A stretch of DNA of 52,161 nt from Actinomycetes bacterium (lineage in GTDB: Bacteria > Actinomycetota > Acidimicrobiia > Acidimicrobiales > Palsa-688). This document shows positions 46,654 through 52,161 of the stretch, piece by piece; position 1 is the first letter of the stretch, and every line of letters begins with the position of its first letter. Location: positions 1 through 52,161 of the forward strand of contig JAKCEB010000001.1 in the NCBI GenBank assembly GCA_021838305.1. Direction: 5' to 3'. Both the position numbers and the translations under genes were made by a program. The notes under the pieces are model-generated. The model saw only the letters and a program-made list of their open reading frames with translations, did not search any database and had not been told where the DNA came from.

Positions 46654-47943
46654 TCACGAACCCCCCACCTGCCGATGAGGCGAAGCTAGCAAAGCCGCCG
46701 GCATAACCGACGATGCCCCGAAGCGGCTACGGACCTCGTCGACTGCAGCAGCTGCAGCCTCAGCCGCTGCCGACCGTCCCGTCTCGCCCCCAATGGATGT
46801 GCCGCCTCCGGAAAAGTCGAGCGCCGGCTGCCAAGGTGCCGCACTGGAGCTCCCCGAGAGGTTCGTCAAGCCGACCCCGAGCAGCCTGACGCCCCCATCG
46901 AGATCGAACCCCTCCAACATGTCCAACGCAATCTTCGAGATCTCGATGCGGGAATCTGTCCCGACGTCAAGACTGCGGGATCTGCTCCTCGTGCCCATGT
47001 CGCCGTAGCGGACTTTCAACGTCACTGTTCTTGCAGACGTCCCTGCTCGTCGCGCACGGCTCGCGACGGTGTCGGCCAGCTTCATAACTTCGAGTCGCAG
47101 GCCTTCGTGATCGTAGCGATCGACCGCGAAAGTCTCCTCCTGGCTTACCGACTTCGTCGGCCGCTCGGAAATGACCGGACGGCTGTCGATCCCCCGCGAC
47201 AGGTTGGCGAGCGTCGTGCCCTGTGCCCGGCCGAGAATGCTTTCCAGTGTCAGGGCGGGAACGGCCGCTAGATCTCCGATGGTCCGTATGCCAAGCCGGT
47301 GCAACCTCGAAGCGGTCGCCGGTCCAACTCCCCAGAGAGCTTCGACGCGGTGGGGATGTAAGAACTCGATTTCCGTCCCCTCGGCAACGATAAATGTCCC
47401 GGTAGCGCAACCGGCGCCTTCAGCCGGCAGGACAGCGGGCGGGTCACGCGTTACCTGTGGCTTCGCTGCTTTCGACGCCATTTTCGCGATGAACTTCACT
47501 CTCGAACCCCCCACCGAACACGAAAGGGCAAGCTCGTTGCGAACGGCGTCGCGGATTAGACCCGCTATTCTCTCTGGCCCACCGTAAAGACCGAGGGCTC
47601 CCGTAACGTCGAGGAACGCCTCGTCGAGCGAGATCCCCTCCACAGCAGGCGTGAACGTGTTGAGGACACGGTGCAGCTCGATGCTGACTTCGCTATAACG
47701 CCCGTGGCGGGGAGCAACGAAGACCGCGTCGGGGCAGAGACGGCGCGCCTCTAGGGACGGCATCGCGGAGCGGACACCAAGCGAGCGGGCTTCGTAGCTG
47801 CACGACGCCACGACACCGCGTCGTCCGTCGCCGCCGACGATGACCGCCTTGCCCCGCAGCGACGGATCGTCGAGGGCCTCGACCGACGCAAAGAACGCGT
47901 CCATGTCGACGTGGAGTATCCACCGACGAGCCTCCGGTTCCAC
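46654..47943 (-). CDS. dinB: DNA polymerase IV (Y family)
   Basis: 'ILHVDMDAFFASVE' and 'SIDEAFLDV'-type motif ('SLDEAFLDV'). Confidence 0.93.
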   Translation of the reverse strand: MEPEARRWILHVDMDAFFASVEALDDPSLRGKAVIVGGDGRRGVVASCSYEARSLGVRSAMPSLEARRLCPDAVFVAPRHGRYSEVSIELHRVLNTFTPAVEGISLDEAFLDVTGALGLYGGPERIAGLIRDAVRNELALSCSVGGSRVKFIAKMASKAAKPQVTRDPPAVLPAEGAGCATGTFIVAEGTEIEFLHPHRVEALWGVGPATASRLHRLGIRTIGDLAAVPALTLESILGRAQGTTLANLSRGIDSRPVISERPTKSVSQEETFAVDRYDHEGLRLEVMKLADTVASRARRAGTSARTVTLKVRYGDMGTRSRSRSLDVGTDSRIEISKIALDMLEGFDLDGGVRLLGVGLTNLSGSSSAAPWQPALDFSGGGTSIGGETGRSAAAEAAAAAVDEVRSRFGASSVMPAALLASPHRQVGGS

Positions 47944-47972
47944 CGCACAGAGTGTATTACCACCCTGCCGGT

Positions 47973-48683
47973 CTACCAGAGCACAACCTCACGAAAGCTT
48001 TCCGCGAAACGGGTCCCGGCCCGCTGGCCGGCATCGCTAGCACGCCGGCGAACGGACGCAGCGACGAGGTCACGGCGCTCTCCTATCTGGCTTTTGTGGC
48101 AGACAACCGCCGCCGCTTTGGTTTCGATGCTTACTCCGACGTCCACCCAGACGTCGGGTTCGAGGGTGCCCGCCAACAGAAGCTTTGACACCGAGTGCGC
48201 GGGGCCTTCTGCCGGGAAGTAGTGGGGACTCGAAGCCGCCGGGCACACCGAGTCGACTACCGCCCATCCGACGGCACGGTGATCTCTGTGGTTCACGTAG
48301 GTCTTTCCGAAAAAAACAGCCGTCGGATCGGGTGCCAGGACGACTTCCGGTTTGAGCTTGCGGATGATGCCGACCATTTGCGCTCGGAGGGCTAAAGAGT
48401 TATCGATCTCGCCGTCTGGATAGCCGAGCCAGTAGCGGCCTTTCAAGCCGAGGATCTTTCCCGCTTCCGCGGACTCCTCTTTCCTCAACTCGACGAGCAC
48501 CTCCGGGGTTGTCGAAGGGTCAAGTGAACCTTTGTCACCTAGGGCACAGACACATACATAGACTTGCGAGCCGTTGGCGGCCCAACGGGCCAGCGTCCCG
48601 CCGGCTGCCACTTCGGCGTCGTCGGGATGGGCGAAAACGGCGAGGACGACACCAGGAATCTCGTCAACCAAGGCTGCGGGCAC
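47973..48683 (-). CDS. PIG-L/LmbE family deacetylase (MshB/Mca-like)
   Basis: 'VLAVFAHPDDAEVAAGGTLA' and 'HRDH'. Confidence 0.85.
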   Translation of the reverse strand: MPAALVDEIPGVVLAVFAHPDDAEVAAGGTLARWAANGSQVYVCVCALGDKGSLDPSTTPEVLVELRKEESAEAGKILGLKGRYWLGYPDGEIDNSLALRAQMVGIIRKLKPEVVLAPDPTAVFFGKTYVNHRDHRAVGWAVVDSVCPAASSPHYFPAEGPAHSVSKLLLAGTLEPDVWVDVGVSIETKAAAVVCHKSQIGERRDLVAASVRRRASDAGQRAGTRFAESFREVVLW

Positions 48684-48700
48684 GAACGCGACAGTAGGCT

Positions 48701-49606
48701 ATGCACGACGTCATGGCCTCACCGTACGAACCCCCGAGCTATCTTCCCCGCCACATTCGCACCGACGAGGTTTTCGGGGTCGGCGACGGTTGGGCAGAGC
48801 CGCTCCTCGCGGAGCTTGCGCGCACCGCTCTCGAAGCCGCCTCGGCCGGCAGTGACGTGATCCGGTCGGGGGCCAGCAGCTCCGAGCGCTCGGTGACGGG
48901 GATCTCGACCAAAGTGTCGGAAACGGACATGGTCTCGGATGTCGACCGCTCCTCGGAGGCCGCCATCAACGACGTCCTTAGACGACGCCGTCCCGACGAC
49001 GGGCTTCTCGCAGAGGAAGGCAGCGCTCGCGGGGGCACGACGGGTGTGCGCTGGGTTGTCGATCCGCTGGACGGTACGACGAACTTTCTTTTCGGTCTAC
49101 CCCAGTACGCCGTGTCGGTCGCCGCCGAGGTAGATGGAGCTCCTGTGGTCGGAGTCGTGTGGGATCCCTGCCGCCCCGAGATCTGGGCCGCGGCTTCCGG
49201 TTACGGGGCCTTCTGCAACGGCGTTCGCTGCTCCGTGAGAGACGGCAGCCACAACCTTGCAACAGCGCTCGTCGCAACCGGCTTCGCCTACCAATCTCGG
49301 CACAGACAATGGCAAGGCGAGGTTGCGATGCGAGTACTTCCGGTCGTTCGCGACCTTAGGCGCCTTGGATCCGCGGCGCTGGACCTGTCCTGGCTGGGAG
49401 GAGGACGCTTCGACGCGTACTACGAGTGGGGACTCAAGCCATGGGATCTGCAGGCCGGCGCCCTGATTGCGACGGAGGCGGGCGCGAAAGTCGAGACGTT
49501 ATCAAACGGCACGACCGTCGCCGCCACGCCGATCCTATTTGATCCCGTCTGCGAGCTACTTCTCGGCGCAGGTGGCCTCAACGGCCCGGAATCCCGCGAC
49601 GGTTAG
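48701..49606 (+). CDS. Inositol monophosphatase family protein
   Basis: 'WVVDPLDGTTNF' and 'WDLQAGALIATEAG'. Confidence 0.88.
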   Translation: MHDVMASPYEPPSYLPRHIRTDEVFGVGDGWAEPLLAELARTALEAASAGSDVIRSGASSSERSVTGISTKVSETDMVSDVDRSSEAAINDVLRRRRPDDGLLAEEGSARGGTTGVRWVVDPLDGTTNFLFGLPQYAVSVAAEVDGAPVVGVVWDPCRPEIWAAASGYGAFCNGVRCSVRDGSHNLATALVATGFAYQSRHRQWQGEVAMRVLPVVRDLRRLGSAALDLSWLGGGRFDAYYEWGLKPWDLQAGALIATEAGAKVETLSNGTTVAATPILFDPVCELLLGAGGLNGPESRDG

Positions 49607-49610
49607 CGCG

Positions 49611-50648
49611 TTAGCCCCAGAATACTGCGGCGACCTCGTGGAGGAGGGCCGGGTCTACCTGCTTGGCGACCGTGACTGCCTCCGACAGCGGAACCCGCAC
49701 TATCTCGCCCGCCTGGAGCGCGACCATCGTGGCAAACGCGCCGTCGTGCACAGCGTCGATTGCCGCCACCCCGAAGCGCGTCGCAAGGACGCGATCAAAT
49801 GCAGTCGGGCTGCCGCCGCGCTGCACGTGACCTAGCAGGGTTACCCTGGTCTCATACCCGGTTCGCTTCTCGATCTCGGATGCCAGCACGTTTGCGATGC
49901 CCCCGAGGCGCGGATGGCCGAACTGGTCCAGCTCCGTAGAAGTCGTCGACAAGCTGCCGTCTGCGGGTACAGCGCCTTCGGCGACCACAACTATCGAGGC
50001 GAACCTGCCTTTGGCATGGCGATTCTTCAGTTTCGTACAAATGATGTCTATGTCAAACGGTTCCTCAGGAACGAGGATTTCCGCAGCGCCCCCTGCGATC
50101 CCGGCGTAGGTGGCGATCCAACCGGCGTTGCGTCCCATGACCTCGCACACGATCACCCGGTCGTGGGACTCCGCTGTTGTGTGCAGCCTGTCGATAGCGT
50201 CTGTCGCTATCTGTACCGCTGTGTGGAAACCGAAGGTGACTTCGGTCGCCGACAGGTCGTTGTCGATCGTCTTCGGAACGCCTATCACAGCGACGCCTTC
50301 ACCGCTCAAACGATGAGCGACGCCGAGGGTGTCGTCGCCACCTATTGCTATCAGAACGTCGATCCTCTCGGAGCGAAGAGTTGCGAGGCAGCGCGCCACG
50401 CCACCGTCGAGCTTGTACGGGTTAGTCCTCGACGTGCCCAGGATTGTGCCGCCCCTGGGAAGTATCCCGCGGCAGCGCTCGACGTCGAGCTGGATGCTCC
50501 GGCTGTCCATGACACCCTGCCAGCCGTCAAGGAAACCCACGAACTCGTCGCCATAGGCCACCTCGCCCTTGCGCACGACAGCTCGAATCACCGCGTTGAG
50601 CCCCGGGCAATCGCCGCCACCAGTAAGCATTCCGACTCGCATGACCAT
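49611..50648 (-). CDS. pfk: 6-phosphofructokinase, sequence signature of the PPi-dependent type
   Basis: 'LTGGGDCPGLNAVIRAV', 'IGGDDT' and 'PKTIDND'. Confidence 0.9.
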   Translation of the reverse strand: MVMRVGMLTGGGDCPGLNAVIRAVVRKGEVAYGDEFVGFLDGWQGVMDSRSIQLDVERCRGILPRGGTILGTSRTNPYKLDGGVARCLATLRSERIDVLIAIGGDDTLGVAHRLSGEGVAVIGVPKTIDNDLSATEVTFGFHTAVQIATDAIDRLHTTAESHDRVIVCEVMGRNAGWIATYAGIAGGAAEILVPEEPFDIDIICTKLKNRHAKGRFASIVVVAEGAVPADGSLSTTSTELDQFGHPRLGGIANVLASEIEKRTGYETRVTLLGHVQRGGSPTAFDRVLATRFGVAAIDAVHDGAFATMVALQAGEIVRVPLSEAVTVAKQVDPALLHEVAAVFWG

Positions 50649-50686
50649 CTCCCTACCTAGGACTCCACGACTTTAATGCAGGCGGA

Positions 50687-51154
50687 TCACGGCTTACGCA
50701 CGCCCGACGCCCGCTCCAACATGCCGGCCTCCCTTTTGAAGTCTCCAGCGCCAGAGAACCCCTTGTAGACGCTAGCGAAGCGTAGGTAAGCGACCTCGTC
50801 GAGGTGTCGGAGTTGCTCCAAGACGGCGACTCCGACCTGTTCGTAGGAGACCTCGCTGCCATAGAAACGCAGTGCCTCCTCGACTGCGGTTGCGAGTCGT
50901 TCGATCTCGTCGACGCCCACCGGCCGGTTCTTGGATGCCGCCGCCACGCCCGCAGCAACTTTCGAACGGTCGAAAACCTCCCGGACACCGGACCGCTTCA
51001 CAACTACGAGCGGAACCTCCTCGAGGCGCTCGTAGGTGGTGAATCTAGCGGCGCAGCTGCTGCACTCACGCCGGCGTCGGATCGCCGAGCCGTCCTCCGC
51101 CGAACGCGAGTCGACGACCCGATCCTCTGTGCACGTACAGCGTGGGCACCGCAT
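50687..51154 (-). CDS. nrdR: Transcriptional repressor NrdR
   Basis: Zinc ribbon 'CPRC...CSSC' followed by an ATP-cone domain. Confidence 0.95.
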   Translation of the reverse strand: MRCPRCTCTEDRVVDSRSAEDGSAIRRRRECSSCAARFTTYERLEEVPLVVVKRSGVREVFDRSKVAAGVAAASKNRPVGVDEIERLATAVEEALRFYGSEVSYEQVGVAVLEQLRHLDEVAYLRFASVYKGFSGAGDFKREAGMLERASGVRKP

Positions 51155-51268
51155 CGCAACGACGGTAGCGCCACCGCATGCGCCATGGGTGAACTTGCCG
51201 ATCAGCGCGTCCGTTACTCGAGCTCAGGTTGCGACTTGTGTGCTGCTCCCGGGATGGACTTACCGGCC

Positions 51269-51673
51269 CTACGGTGCAGGAACCTCCACCTGCTCACCCG
51301 GATAGATGACAGTCCCATGCAACTGCGAAACGAGCTTGTCGACGAGCGGTCGCTCGTCACCGCTCGGGTCGATCGAATGAACGATCGACCACAACGTGTC
51401 CCCCGGCTGGACCACGTACATCACCGCGCTCACCGACTGAAGCTCGACGGCTCCGGCGCCACCGATCGACGTCCCTGTGCTTAGCCCACGACTCGCGGGA
51501 GCTCCGAGGAGGTGCAGCGCGACACCGCAGCCGATCCCAAGGGCGAGCGCGACGCTTGCCATTCCCACGCCGCGAACACCGGCGGGGCCGGCCGACTTCC
51601 TCCTCGTCCGAGGCGCCTCGGCCCAATCCGATGACCCCAGAAACTCTGAACACTCTGCAGATTCTGCAAACAT
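51269..51673 (-). CDS. LysM domain protein (Rv2719c-like, divergent from lexA)
   Basis: TM segment plus LysM 'YVVQPGDTLWSIV...GTVIYPGEQVEVP'. The nrdR-LysM-lexA synteny matches that of mycobacteria. Confidence 0.8.
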   Translation of the reverse strand: MFAESAECSEFLGSSDWAEAPRTRRKSAGPAGVRGVGMASVALALGIGCGVALHLLGAPASRGLSTGTSIGGAGAVELQSVSAVMYVVQPGDTLWSIVHSIDPSGDERPLVDKLVSQLHGTVIYPGEQVEVPAP

Positions 51674-51688
51674 ACGTTCGATAGTACC

Positions 51689-51703
51689 TCGAACATGCGT
51701 TCG
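51689..51703. promoter_or_regulatory. LexA (Cheo-type) SOS box, perfect dyad
   Basis: TCGAAC-ATGC-GTTCG, 16 nt upstream of the LysM gene start. Confidence 0.8.
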
Positions 51704-51718
51704 TTGTCAAGGCCAATA

Positions 51719-51733
51719 TCGAACACATGTTTG
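51719..51733. promoter_or_regulatory. LexA SOS box, one mismatch
   Basis: TCGAAC-ACAT-GTTTG. It overlaps the predicted lexA -35 element. Confidence 0.65.
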
Positions 51734-51759
51734 CATGCTCTCACGATTCATGATAGAAT
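51731..51759 (+). promoter_or_regulatory. Predicted lexA promoter, compatible with a leaderless transcript
   Basis: TTGCAT (51731..51736), 17-nt spacer, TAGAAT (51754..51759). The ATG at 51768 is only 8 nt after the -10 element, and no SD is present. Confidence 0.5.
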
Positions 51760-51767
51760 CACGTGAC

Positions 51768-52161
51768 ATGACAGAGACTGAGCCAACAGGGAAGCGCCGC
51801 GAGATCCTCGACTTCATCTCCTCGCAGGTGAGTGACCGCGGGTATCCGCCCTCCGTTCGCGAGATCGGCGAGGCCGTGGGGCTTGCTTCATCCTCGACGG
51901 TTCACACGCACCTTCAGACGCTTCACCGCCAGGGATTCCTTCGCCGCGACCCGACAAAGCCACGTGCAATCGAAGTTCGCTACGACGCTCTGTCGGCGAC
52001 CCCCGTGGAGCGACGCCCAGCGCGCCACGTTCCTCTAATCGGTGATGTCGCCGCAGGGACAGGCGTCCTCGCGCAGGACAACGTCGAGGAGCTTCTCCCC
52101 CTTCCGGCGGACTTCACAGGCGACGGCACCCTTTTTATGCTGCGTGTCCGAGGCGAATCCA
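51768..52161 (+). CDS. lexA: LexA repressor; 3' end lies outside the window
   Basis: My own translation from ATG 51768 (absent from the ORF track because there is no stop inside the window). wHTH 'YPPSVREIGEAVGLASSSTVHTHLQTL', cleavage region 'VPLIGDVAAG', and the start of the S24 domain 'FMLRVRGES'. Confidence 0.93.
   Translation, partial: MTETEPTGKRREILDFISSQVSDRGYPPSVREIGEAVGLASSSTVHTHLQTLHRQGFLRRDPTKPRAIEVRYDALSATPVERRPARHVPLIGDVAAGTGVLAQDNVEELLPLPADFTGDGTLFMLRVRGES

Overview
High-GC, very gene-dense chromosomal core segment with Actinomycetota-type synteny. I saw no rRNA, tRNA, CRISPR array, transposase, integrase or prophage signature. Order of content: (1) a partial YyaL-like thioredoxin-domain gene, two hypothetical genes, dnaE, a Bpa-like proteasome activator, an alkaline-phosphatase-family gene and an Rrf2 regulator. 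(2) An oxygen-independent cobalamin (cbi) locus: cbiX, then cbiA-cbiL-cbiF-cbiD-cbiET-cbiGH-ferredoxin-cbiC, mostly linked by 4-nt start/stop overlaps. (3) rluD-lspA-dksA-like and ileS. (4) The division and cell-wall block: divIVA-yggT-sepF-yggS-pgeF-ftsZ-ftsQ-murB-murC-murG-ftsW-mraY-murE-ftsL-rsmH-mraZ. (5) An LplA-like gene, an HNH gene and a moxR-DUF58-transglutaminase module. (6) DUF3040, dinB, a PIG-L deacetylase, an IMPase, pfk, nrdR, a LysM gene and a partial lexA with Cheo-type SOS boxes. I did not find a convincing new multi-gene system such as a defence island. The points most worth a second look are: a ribbon-helix-helix domain fused in frame to CbiL, with no B12 riboswitch recognised by eye; a small 2x[4Fe-4S] ferredoxin embedded in the cbi operon, with no cbiJ/cobK in the window; a dcw cluster lacking ftsI, murF and murD; and unusually structured non-coding DNA. 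That non-coding DNA comprises phased GTGGG repeats over a predicted mraZ promoter, AT-rich perfect palindromes and a 14-nt periodic G-run tract upstream of it, 9-nt phased TCTGG repeats in the mraY-ftsW spacer, and an 11-mer shared by the mraZ and ftsZ upstream regions. All family assignments rest on motif recognition in the supplied translations. No database search was run.
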